Shown one piece after another: positions 47,114 to 55,250 of a stretch of DNA of 64,000 nucleotides; the stretch's first letter is position 1, and the number at the start of each line of letters is the position of its first letter. Source of the stretch: Hadesarchaea archaeon (GTDB lineage Archaea; Hadarchaeota; Hadarchaeia; Hadarchaeales; Hadarchaeaceae); NCBI GenBank assembly GCA_030601675.1, contig JAUWBN010000003.1:2255-66254 (forward strand), written 5' to 3'. Below the pieces are notes generated by a model that saw nothing but the letters and a program-made list of their open reading frames with translations, was not told the DNA's origin and ran no database searches. A program made the position numbers and the translations under genes.

Positions 47114-47985
47114 AGGAAATCGGCATCTATCGGCTGGACGTGGGCTCGTGCAACGGGTGCGACATCGAGGTGCTCAGCGCCCTGGCCCCGAGGTTCGGGT
47201 TGGCGAAGCTCGGGGTGAAGTTCGTCGATGAGCCCAGCGAGGCAAGCGTGCTCCTCGTCACCGGTGTGCCGACCGTCAAGATGCGTGAGCCGCTCAAGCA
47301 GGTTTACGAGAAGCTAAGGGACCCGAAGTTAGTCGTCGCGGTGGGCGCCTGCGCGTTGGCCGGCGAGGCGTTTGAGGATTCCTACAGCATCGACGGGATG
47401 ACGGACGAGGTGATTCGGGTTAATGTTTACGTTCCGGGTTGCCCGCCCAGCCCGCAGGCGATCGTCGGCGCGCTCGCAGAGGCCTTGGGAATCAAACCGA
47501 AAGTTTGGTCGGCGCCCCAGGGCTTCAGAGGCTACCCCCAGGTCGATGCGGAAAAGTGCACGGGCTGCGGTGCATGTGAGCAAGTTTGTCCGACGCGCGC
47601 GATTGAGCTGATAGACGGGGAGGAAAAGCGAACCGTGAAATTCAAGTACGAGAAGTGCATCTCCTGCGCGACCTGTGAGGAAGCCTGCCCGGAGGATGCG
47701 ATCGAGATGGCAGCCGAGCGTCCTCCTCCGACGCGAGATCGAAAGGCGATTGGAACGAGCGTGGAGGTCGGGCTGGCAAAGTGTTTGGATTGCGGCACCC
47801 CCTTCGTCCCCTCGCGGCAGCTCCGGGCGCTTTCCGACCGAATCGTGTCCAACGTTGGAGAGTACAAGGCCCTCCGCGATGAAATCGAGCGGGCAGCGAG
47901 CATTTGTGCGAAGTGCAGGGGCGAGATAGAAAATCTGAGGAAGGCGAAGGTCCTCCTCCTCGAACTCACGGAGGCTCTCAGCTAG
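47110..47985 (+). CDS. NuoB-like hydrogenase small subunit fused to a 2x[4Fe-4S] ferredoxin domain and a Cys4 tail
   Basis: Small-subunit motifs GSCNGC, GACA and PGCPP. These are followed by CTGCGACEQVCP and CISCATCEEACP, and then by CLDC...CAKC. Confidence 0.8.
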   Translation: MKEIGIYRLDVGSCNGCDIEVLSALAPRFGLAKLGVKFVDEPSEASVLLVTGVPTVKMREPLKQVYEKLRDPKLVVAVGACALAGEAFEDSYSIDGMTDEVIRVNVYVPGCPPSPQAIVGALAEALGIKPKVWSAPQGFRGYPQVDAEKCTGCGACEQVCPTRAIELIDGEEKRTVKFKYEKCISCATCEEACPEDAIEMAAERPPPTRDRKAIGTSVEVGLAKCLDCGTPFVPSRQLRALSDRIVSNVGEYKALRDEIERAASICAKCRGEIENLRKAKVLLLELTEALS

Positions 47986-48087
47986 AGCACTCGATATCCT
48001 AAACTGAGCGGTGTCCCGGAATACAGCGGTAAAGACTTGCAGAGCTCAACGATTGCGTCTTCTAGAAGTTTGTTGGAAAGTGCGACA

Positions 48088-48354
48088 CTAGGCTATTTTG
48101 TAGACGATGTCGCCCTCACGCACACGCTGTTCGACCTTGAGCCCGATCGACTGCCCCGCGCTTGCGCTCTGAACGTTCTCGTGCTCGATTTCCATCGAGT
48201 TAATCGTTTGCTGCAGGTTGGTCGTCGCGCCCTCGATTGAGATGCGGTCACCTACTTTGAGCTCATCGGAAAGCTCGATGACTCCCACTCCTATCTTGGT
48301 GAAGTAGTGAGCTATCTTTCCCACGAGCTTCTTCTCCACAGGTGCTTCTTCCAT
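48088..48354 (-). CDS. Small beta-barrel protein (EF-Tu domain 2-like)
   Basis: 88 aa. The pattern VGVIELSDELKVGDRISIEG...GQSIGLKV...GDIVY resembles translation-factor domain II barrels. Confidence 0.45.
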   Translation of the reverse strand: MEEAPVEKKLVGKIAHYFTKIGVGVIELSDELKVGDRISIEGATTNLQQTINSMEIEHENVQSASAGQSIGLKVEQRVREGDIVYKIA

Positions 48355-48435
48355 TCACCTCACCAGATTAAGATAGAATCCTCTAATTAAATGCCTTTCC
48401 GCCCATGATATAGCCGAGATCTATCCCTCGCAAAG

Positions 48436-48756
48436 TCAGCGCTTCTTGCCCACGTTTAGAATCCCTAGGCGATAGCCCATGCGGCGACCTAGCTCAGGGT
48501 ACATCCTAGCTATGCCGAGCGTTATTCCCCAGCCACCGAAGATCACAGCAGTAATTGTGGCCCCCAAAAGCAAGTCCATGAGCGGCGCTTTTCCGAGGAG
48601 GAATAGCTCGCCGTTCCAGAGGTGGTCCACTAGTCCGAACAATGCGCCCCCGTAGAGCAGCAGGTTAAGCCACCACCCTGCGGGACCCCTTCTCTTGGAA
48701 CCCCATACGACCGATGAAATTATGGCCGCCACCAAGGGTATGGTGTAACAAACCAC
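48436..48756 (-). CDS. Small membrane protein, unknown function
   Basis: 106 aa with three hydrophobic helices. Confidence 0.45.
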   Translation of the reverse strand: MVCYTIPLVAAIISSVVWGSKRRGPAGWWLNLLLYGGALFGLVDHLWNGELFLLGKAPLMDLLLGATITAVIFGGWGITLGIARMYPELGRRMGYRLGILNVGKKR

Positions 48757-48838
48757 TTTTCTGCACCTCCTAGAGCTTAATAATACTTTTTACCTTAAAA
48801 ATATTACTTATCCAACATGGAAAGCTTGAAAATGTCTG

Positions 48839-49267
48839 ATGATAAGGTTTGCTGGGCGCAGCATGGTTCAAAAAATCACGCGTGTAAGTTTGACGTTACC
48901 TGAAGATTTACTGAACGAACTCGATCGTTCGCTCAAGGCCCAGCGCTACGCTAGCCGTTCCGAGGCGGTTCGAGACGCGTTACGCGATTTCTTGGCGAGC
49001 TATCGTTGGCGGAGCGAGCTGAAGGGCGAGCAGCTTGGTGCAATCCTCGTGATGTATGAACACGATGTTCGGGGGGTAACCGATGTGCTCATGGATATCC
49101 AACATGAGAGTGCGAACCTCATAAGCGCGGTTCAGCACCTACACGTGGATGCTAAAAATTGCTTAGAGGTTCTCATCGTCCGAGGACCAGCTGAGGGAAT
49201 TAGGCAACTCGTCAATCGCTTGGGTGCTCAGCGAGGTGTCAAACAGGCCAAGCTGGTGGTCGTCTGA
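48839..49267 (+). CDS. nikR: Nickel-responsive regulator NikR
   Basis: RHH N-terminus (ITRVSLTLPEDLLNELD...SRSEAVRDALR). The C-domain aligns with E. coli NikR (from memory), with equivalents of H76, H87, H89 and C95 present (IQHE, HLH, NCLE). The likely start is MVQKI at 48860. Confidence 0.85.
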   Translation: MIRFAGRSMVQKITRVSLTLPEDLLNELDRSLKAQRYASRSEAVRDALRDFLASYRWRSELKGEQLGAILVMYEHDVRGVTDVLMDIQHESANLISAVQHLHVDAKNCLEVLIVRGPAEGIRQLVNRLGAQRGVKQAKLVVV

Positions 49268-49851
49268 AATTAAATGAATTCTTAGAGCGGCTCAACAACC
49301 TCAAGCGCATCCCCCGCACGGGCTGGTTGCTCTGCAATGTCCCCCTCAGCGAGGTTGAGGATGTGGCGCAGCACACGTTCGATGTTGTGACGATTACTTT
49401 GGTACTCACCGATGAATTCGAGCGCGGAGGCAAGAAACTCGACCGGGAACGAGCGCTCAGCATGGCGGTCGTGCACGATTGGGCTGAGGCATTGGTCGGC
49501 GACTTCCCCTACACAGCCTTGAAACACTTGGGACCCACTGGCACGAAGAAACGCATCGAAAAAAGAGCACTTGAGGACCTCTTGGGCAAGCTGCCAAATA
49601 AAGAAAAATACCTAAAGCTTTGGCGGGAGTACAGCGAGAAGCGCAGCCCCGAGGCCAAGCTCGTCCACGCTGCTGATTATCTCTCGATGCTCGTGCAGGC
49701 GGTCAAATATCGGGAGCGAGGTAACCGATCGCGCGAACTGGACGAACTCTGGCGGGCGGTCTGCAAGGATCTGAAGCCATACGCTAGGGAATTTCCGGTA
49801 GTGAAGGGACTGATAATAGAGTTAGAGAAGCGTTATTCTAGTATTCCCTAG
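49264..49851 (+). CDS. HD-domain phosphohydrolase (YfbR-like 5'-nucleotidase family); start codon unclear
   Basis: HD motif AVVHDWAEALVGD. The conserved N-terminal LNEFLERLNNLKRIPRTGW region is in frame upstream of the track's TTG (49327), but no ATG/GTG/TTG precedes it. Confidence 0.65.
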   Translation: MKLNEFLERLNNLKRIPRTGWLLCNVPLSEVEDVAQHTFDVVTITLVLTDEFERGGKKLDRERALSMAVVHDWAEALVGDFPYTALKHLGPTGTKKRIEKRALEDLLGKLPNKEKYLKLWREYSEKRSPEAKLVHAADYLSMLVQAVKYRERGNRSRELDELWRAVCKDLKPYAREFPVVKGLIIELEKRYSSIP

Positions 49852-49893
49852 CAGCACCGTTTTTTATTTAACACTAACGCTGAAGTATCTTGA

Positions 49894-50436
49894 TTATCCT
49901 CTCGGCAGCCTTAGCTTGGTTATCCTCTCGGCGGCCCTCTCGACATCCTTCTTGCTTTTCGCTCCCGCACAAACGCCTTTTCCAGATACAAAGAGCAGAA
50001 CCACAACCTTTGGGTCATCAAGCCTAAATACCAGTCCGGGAAAAACTTCTGGCTCATACTCAGTGGTTTCGAAATTCCTAGCAATTTCTTCCAGATCGAA
50101 CCCTCTGCCAAAGTCAATGGAAGCCACGATGTTTTGAACTTTGATTTTGGGTTCTGATTTAATCTTGACACCAGACCTTCGGAGCTTTTTGGTCAGATTT
50201 TTGATCGCAAGCTTGGCATCTTTCATACTTTTGGCACCAACGCAATTCATCTTTCCGGAACTGAATATCAGAAAAGATGCGCGGGGAACCTCCGATCTAT
50301 AAGCTATGCCTGGAAAAACTTCGGGATCATAATCAGCGCCGTCTAGGGTTCTCGCCAGTTTTTCGAGGTTGAACTCGGTACCCTCGTAGGTAACAGATAC
50401 CACTATATTCTGGATTTTGGTTTTCACCCTAGGCAT
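49894..50436 (-). CDS. tbp: TATA-box binding protein
   Basis: 180 aa with two TBP repeats (QNIVVSV...FPGIAYR...SGKMNCVGAKS and QNIVASI...FPGLVFR...SGKGVCAGAKS). Confidence 0.9.
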   Translation of the reverse strand: MPRVKTKIQNIVVSVTYEGTEFNLEKLARTLDGADYDPEVFPGIAYRSEVPRASFLIFSSGKMNCVGAKSMKDAKLAIKNLTKKLRRSGVKIKSEPKIKVQNIVASIDFGRGFDLEEIARNFETTEYEPEVFPGLVFRLDDPKVVVLLFVSGKGVCAGAKSKKDVERAAERITKLRLPRG

Positions 50437-50455
50437 ATTAACCGCATAATAAACT

Positions 50456-50524
50456 CTTACATACCTGCCTTGCTACTTTCGGTTCGGCCAAATATCGTGA
50501 GCGAGGCGATCGTTCGCGCGAGCT
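50456..50524 (+). repeat. Short copy of the junction plus HD-gene fragment repeat
   Basis: cttacatacctgccttgctactttcggttcggccaaatatcgtgagcgaggcgatcgttcgcgcgagctg matches 50976-51045 at roughly 90%. Confidence 0.8.
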
Positions 50525-50718
50525 GAAAAATTAAATTCTAAAAAGATAGCGCATGTTAAGAAGCTTGCCGTTTCAGCTATTTCTAGTACTCGATGTTATT
50601 GATGCACCTTGGGTCTGGCATTGAGGTCGCCTAGCTTGAAACTCATGTTTGGGCCCAGTGCTGAGTATCATGCAAAAATTTAAGGTTGTTTGTTGCAAGT
50701 GTATAATGGGATTTTTGA

Positions 50719-50952
50719 ATGGTAAGCGCTTATGGCTTGATATCCACCGAGCCAGGTAAGACCGCTGAAGTCTTCCAAAGGGTGAAGAGTATAGAGGGCG
50801 TCAAGAAAGCGGAATGCGTGACCGGTTCCTACGACATTGTCGTCCGTGTTGAGGTCGACTCTCCCGAGAAGCTCACCAAGGTGGTTTTTGGTGATATCCG
50901 AAGCATAGCAGGCATCACGAGCACCATCACGCTGATCGTGACCGAATTGTAA
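50719..50952 (+). CDS. Stand-alone RAM (Lrp/AsnC ligand-binding) domain protein
   Basis: 77 aa. The pattern VSAYGLISTEPGK...VKSIEGVKKAECVTGSYDIVVRVE fits a RAM/ACT-like fold without an HTH. Confidence 0.65.
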   Translation: MVSAYGLISTEPGKTAEVFQRVKSIEGVKKAECVTGSYDIVVRVEVDSPEKLTKVVFGDIRSIAGITSTITLIVTEL

Positions 50953-50975
50953 GTTTATATCAGCCTTATAATTAG

Positions 50976-51157
50976 CTTACACACCCTACCTTGCTATTTT
51001 CGGTTCGGCCAAATATCGTGAGCGAGGCGATCGATCGCGCGAACTGGACGAACTCTGGCGGGCGGTTTGTGAAGATTTGAAACCGTATGTCGAGGAGTTC
51101 TCGGCGGTGAAGAATCTCGTCACAGAATTTAAAAAGCGCTACCCGAGGATTCCCTAA
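50976..51157 (+). pseudogene. Displaced 3' fragment of an HD-phosphohydrolase gene (paralogous to 49702-51851 region end)
   Basis: From 51009 it translates to AKYRERGDRSRELDELWRAVCEDLKPYVEEFSAVKNLVTEFKKRYPRIP*. The intact gene ends AVKYRERGNRSRELDELWRAVCKDLKPYAREFPVVKGLIIELEKRYSSIP*. No upstream coding part is present. Confidence 0.75.
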
Positions 51158-51162
51158 AGACC

Positions 51163-53115
51163 TCACTTAGCTTTACCTATCTCTTGTACGGCCTCTGGAT
51201 TTCTCAGGGTTGAAATATCCCCAACCAGCTTCCCTGTCACCACAGCTTTGATCACCCTGCGCATTATCTTACCACTCCGAGTCTTGGGGACATCACCTAC
51301 GAACAACACCTCATCGGGTCTGGCTATCTTCCCTATTTCTTTGCCCACGTGTTCTCGAAGCTCAGCCCTCAATTCCTCGCTAGGCTCGGCACCAGCTTTC
51401 AGAACCACGAAAGCCGTTATGGATTCTCCTTTTATTTCGTGAGGTTTTCCGATTACCGCAGCTTCCGCGACTTTTTTGTGGCTGACCAAGGCAGATTCCA
51501 CTTCTGAGTTGCCTATCCGGTGCCCCGCGACATTAAGCACGTCATCTGCCCTTCCTTGGACCCAGAAGTAGCCATCCTCGTCCTTCCTCGCCATATCACC
51601 AGTCAGGTAATAGTTGGGGAATTTACTCCAGTATGTCTCTTGGTATCTTTTCGGATCTTTGTAGAGGCCGCGAAGCATAGCGGGCCAAGGGGTGAGTTGA
51701 ACTAAACTGCCACCCGCACCGGTGAGCGGTTTACCCTTCTCGTCGAACACATCCGCCGAGAATCCTGGCAAGGGCTTTGTGGCTGACCCTGGTTTTAGAG
51801 GGGTAATAGGCAACGGCGAGATGCAGAAAGTTCCAGATTCCGTCTGCCACCAAGTGTCCATGATTTGGCACCGCTCGTTTCCTATGTGTTTGTAGTACCA
51901 TATCCAAGCCTCCGGGTTTATCGGCTCCCCAACGGTGCCCAGCAGCCTCAGCGAACTCAGGCCGTGCTTTTGAGGCCATTGCTCACCAAGCTTCATGTGT
52001 GCCCTGATCGATGTTGGAGAGGTATAGAAAACTGTCACCCCATACTTCTCGACGATAGACCACCATCGGTCGGGGTCGGGATAAGCAGGGGCCCCCTCAT
52101 ACATCACGGAAGTTACCCCAGCGATAAGCGGAGCATAAACGATGTAGCTGTGCCCTGTTACCCACCCAATGTCTGCGGCGCACCACCACACGTCATCATC
52201 TTTGAGGTCAAATACCCACTTGAGAGTCTGATAGGTTCCGACTGCGTAGCCACCATGAACATGAATGACCCCCTTTGATTTCCCAGTGGTCCCAGAGGTG
52301 TAGAGGATATAGAGGATGTCTTCTGAGTCCGTTGGTTCGGAATCGGCGGTTGTTGGTTGGTCTTTTGTAACTTCACCCCACCAGAGATCTCGACCCTCTT
52401 TCATCGGAACCTTTTCCCCCGTGCGCTTGACGACGATGACTTTCTTGACGGTCGGGGCCTCCTCTAGGGCCTCGTCTGCATTTTTCTTTGTCGGGACGAC
52501 CTTCCCACGCCTGTATGACCCATCACAGGTGATGAGCAATTTAGCCTCCGCATCGTTTACTCTCTCCCTCAAGGCCTTGGCACTAAACCCCGAGAACACG
52601 ACGCTGTGAATCGCCCCCATCTTCGCGCAGGCGAGCATCGCGATGGGAAGCTCGGGAATCATCGGGAGATAAATCCCGACCCTGTCTCCTTTCTTGATTC
52701 CAAAACTTTTCAAAGCGTTCACGAGTTTGTTGACCTCTTCATAAAGTTCAGTGTAGGTCAGCTTTCTGACATCGCCCGGCTCCCCCTCCCAGATGTAGGC
52801 TACCTTGTCCTTGGTTGGAGTTTTCATGTGCCGATCGACGGCATTGTAGGCGATGTTGATTTTACCCCCCACAAACCACTTAGCGTAAGGGGGCTTCCAT
52901 TCGAGAACCTTTTTCCAGGGTTTGTGCCACTCGAGCTCCTTCGCGACCTCACCCCAGAACCAGTCGAGGTCCTTTGCCCTTTCGAGCAACTCATCGTAAT
53001 CTTTTATTCCGTGTTTGTCCATCCATCGCTTGACGTTGCTATTTTCAACTAGCTCTTTCGAGGGTTCGAAGACCCTACGCTCCTTCAGTAAAACGTCCAA
53101 TCCCTTTTCAGCCAT
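51163..53115 (-). CDS. acs: Acetyl-CoA synthetase (AMP-forming)
   Basis: 650 aa with [11 protein letters not shown], the WWQTE region and the C-terminal [11 protein letters not shown]. Confidence 0.9.
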   Translation of the reverse strand: MAEKGLDVLLKERRVFEPSKELVENSNVKRWMDKHGIKDYDELLERAKDLDWFWGEVAKELEWHKPWKKVLEWKPPYAKWFVGGKINIAYNAVDRHMKTPTKDKVAYIWEGEPGDVRKLTYTELYEEVNKLVNALKSFGIKKGDRVGIYLPMIPELPIAMLACAKMGAIHSVVFSGFSAKALRERVNDAEAKLLITCDGSYRRGKVVPTKKNADEALEEAPTVKKVIVVKRTGEKVPMKEGRDLWWGEVTKDQPTTADSEPTDSEDILYILYTSGTTGKSKGVIHVHGGYAVGTYQTLKWVFDLKDDDVWWCAADIGWVTGHSYIVYAPLIAGVTSVMYEGAPAYPDPDRWWSIVEKYGVTVFYTSPTSIRAHMKLGEQWPQKHGLSSLRLLGTVGEPINPEAWIWYYKHIGNERCQIMDTWWQTESGTFCISPLPITPLKPGSATKPLPGFSADVFDEKGKPLTGAGGSLVQLTPWPAMLRGLYKDPKRYQETYWSKFPNYYLTGDMARKDEDGYFWVQGRADDVLNVAGHRIGNSEVESALVSHKKVAEAAVIGKPHEIKGESITAFVVLKAGAEPSEELRAELREHVGKEIGKIARPDEVLFVGDVPKTRSGKIMRRVIKAVVTGKLVGDISTLRNPEAVQEIGKAK

Positions 53116-53221
53116 AGGTTGCCTCGGTTTTCGTTATTTGGCGTACAATAAATAATTTAGGGAAAAATCACTTTCGCCAATATTTATCCCACCATCCGGC
53201 TACAGAAACAGCCGTCCACTC

Positions 53222-54202
53222 CTAACGAAGAAGAGCTCTCGCAATCGATCGCACAGCCTTAGCGGGCTCGGGCCCCATCGGCGACCCTATCACCATGCGA
53301 GTTACTCTAAGACGTTTCAATTCCTCGACGCGCGCGATGAGCTCTTCTATCGGGCCGCAGACCGAGAACGCATCGATCATGCGCTCAGTCACCGCCGCGC
53401 GGGCCTTTTTCAACTCTCCAGCCCTGAGCAGGCGGCGAATCGATTCGACCTCCTCGACCCCGATGCCGTGACGCTCGAGTGATGCGCGGGGGGCTGATGA
53501 GGTAATGAACGCGACTACCCCACGGGCCACGTCCCTCGCTTTTCTCGCGTCCCTCCCGACCGACACGGCAAGGTATGCGACGAAATCGAACGCCTCGGGT
53601 TTCCTCCCGCTCGCTCGCAACCCTCTCTCAATGTACTCGATACACTCCTGGATGTCCTCGGGTTGTGAGGCGTTGATGAGGGCACCATCGGCGACCGAGC
53701 CCGCGAGTTCAAGCATACGCCGCCGCCGTCCGCCGATGTAAATGGGAATTTTATTTACCGGTTTGAACCTGAGCCCCGCGCCCCGGCACGAGAAGAGCTC
53801 CCCCGTGAAGCTCACGCGGTTCCCTGCGAGGAGTTCGCGGATGATGTGGGTCGCCTCCCGCACCGCCGTGATGGGCTTCCGTTGTTCCACCCCCACCGTC
53901 GCGAGGAAGAAGGGGTCACCAGCGGAAATCCCAAGCAGCATCCGCCCCCGCGAGATCTCGTTGAGGGTCGCGATGGCAGCAGCGGTCACGGTGGGGTGAA
54001 CTAGGTATGGATTCGTCACGCCAGGGCCCAACCTCACTCGGCGCGTCTCGAGCGCGAGCTGGGTGAGCACGGGGTAAACGTAGCGGTTGTGGTAGTGGTC
54101 GCAAACCCAGATCTGCTCGAACCCTAAGCGCTCGACCAATTGGGCCAGCTTGACTAGGACATCCAGTTTCAGATAAGGGACGAACTCTACTCCAAATTTC
54201 AC
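53222..54202 (-). CDS. Mer-like F420-dependent oxidoreductase (methylene-H4MPT reductase / LLM family)
   Basis: 326 aa. MKFGVEFVP, CDHYHN, LGPGVTNPY..HP, INAS.PED, LERHGI and GSPMGP parallel Mer, from memory. The substrate cannot be assigned. Confidence 0.65.
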   Translation of the reverse strand: MKFGVEFVPYLKLDVLVKLAQLVERLGFEQIWVCDHYHNRYVYPVLTQLALETRRVRLGPGVTNPYLVHPTVTAAAIATLNEISRGRMLLGISAGDPFFLATVGVEQRKPITAVREATHIIRELLAGNRVSFTGELFSCRGAGLRFKPVNKIPIYIGGRRRRMLELAGSVADGALINASQPEDIQECIEYIERGLRASGRKPEAFDFVAYLAVSVGRDARKARDVARGVVAFITSSAPRASLERHGIGVEEVESIRRLLRAGELKKARAAVTERMIDAFSVCGPIEELIARVEELKRLRVTRMVIGSPMGPEPAKAVRSIARALLR

Positions 54203-54365
54203 CTCGAACCCCCTCGCATTTTAATGTGGGTATGCTAAAATAGCCGTCGGTGGCCAAGTGCAGCTCATCGTGCTCAAGGGGGTTACCAAAAATAAAACGA
54301 GTCGACCACTCAAATGTGGACCCAGATAGAATTGGTTGTGCACACGTGTGAAGAACTACCGATAA

Positions 54366-54428
54366 TTAGCGCTTTTTCTTTCTCTTCACGAGCTTTCCGA
54401 GCCCACGCTTCCAGAGCATCGCTTTGAT
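54366..54428 (-). repeat. Direct repeat copy A: orphan duplicate of the last 63 nt of the 58566-59024 gene
   Basis: 56 of 63 positions match 58566-58628 with no indels, exactly 4200 nt apart. It encodes ...IKAMLWKRGLGKLVKRKKKR*, against ...IKAMLRKRGLGKLVKKKRKR* in the intact gene. Confidence 0.85.
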
Positions 54429-54448
54429 AAGAGCACTTGCAATTTGAT

Positions 54449-55234
54449 CTATCGCAGAACGATTTTATATTTGGGCGTTATCTTCAATTCCTTTCTCATC
54501 GGGCTAGCATCAGGGTTTATCGATTTGGCGACCTGGATGTGATATTTGGTCAACTTCTCCAACTTGGTGTTCACATATGCTACATTTGGGAAGATGCTCA
54601 CTACTCTATTCAACAGCGTTTCCGGCACGGCTTCACGGTTGATCGATGTTACGCCCGTTGCGCCTCTCATCTGAAGCCAAGACATCAGGGGCTCGATTAG
54701 ATCGCTGACCCCGCGCTCCCCGTAATAACGCGAGAGATGAGCTAGGTCGCTTATGGAAGTCAGGCGCCAGAATATCGGCTTACCCCACGTTTCTAGGTCC
54801 CCTAACAGCTTTACCATCCGCTCATAAATCTGTCCCGGCAGGAGTGAGAGATCTATCTGGGTTTCACAGTCCAGATTAGACTTGTACTCAGGCGGCGTCC
54901 AGAAATTAACAGCGAGGAGCCCCCCAATCTTGCCCGTTTTATCAAATTTTTTGTAGAGATCGGGCATGAGTGTTCGATACCTTTTGAGGGAGAGGCCCCA
55001 AGGCGAGCGGGTGGTCATGATGAAAGTTGGGTACCCACGGGCAGCGATGTTAAACGACGTAATCAAAACAGTTGAAGCGACGATGCCCTCCGCCTCTGGA
55101 TCCGAGACGAAAAGCCACGGGTAACCGGGCTGAAACCCTCCCCCAATAAACTTGTTGAGCGACCTAAAACCACTTTTAATAGGCAGGTTTGATTGCAGCC
55201 CACCATTCCTTAAATAAATGCTAGGTCCCGGCAC
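54449..55234 (-). CDS. Degenerate KaiC/RecA-superfamily paralogue lacking Walker A
   Basis: 261 aa. IKSGFRSLNKFIGGGFQPGYPWLFVSDPEAEG aligns with [33 protein letters not shown] of the upstream ATPase, but the P-loop is replaced. Confidence 0.6.
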   Translation of the reverse strand: MPGPSIYLRNGGLQSNLPIKSGFRSLNKFIGGGFQPGYPWLFVSDPEAEGIVASTVLITSFNIAARGYPTFIMTTRSPWGLSLKRYRTLMPDLYKKFDKTGKIGGLLAVNFWTPPEYKSNLDCETQIDLSLLPGQIYERMVKLLGDLETWGKPIFWRLTSISDLAHLSRYYGERGVSDLIEPLMSWLQMRGATGVTSINREAVPETLLNRVVSIFPNVAYVNTKLEKLTKYHIQVAKSINPDASPMRKELKITPKYKIVLR

Positions 55235-55250
55235 GATTCACCACGCTCAT

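Larger units (their letters stand above)
49761..51031. mobile_element. Lower-GC TBP/RAM-gene island between two 35-nt identical repeats (49726-49760 and 51032-51066)
   Basis: Perfect 35-mers cgatcgcgcgaactggacgaactctggcgggcggt flank about 1.27 kb. Sampled lines inside are 38-45% GC. No recombinase gene is present. Confidence 0.4.
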
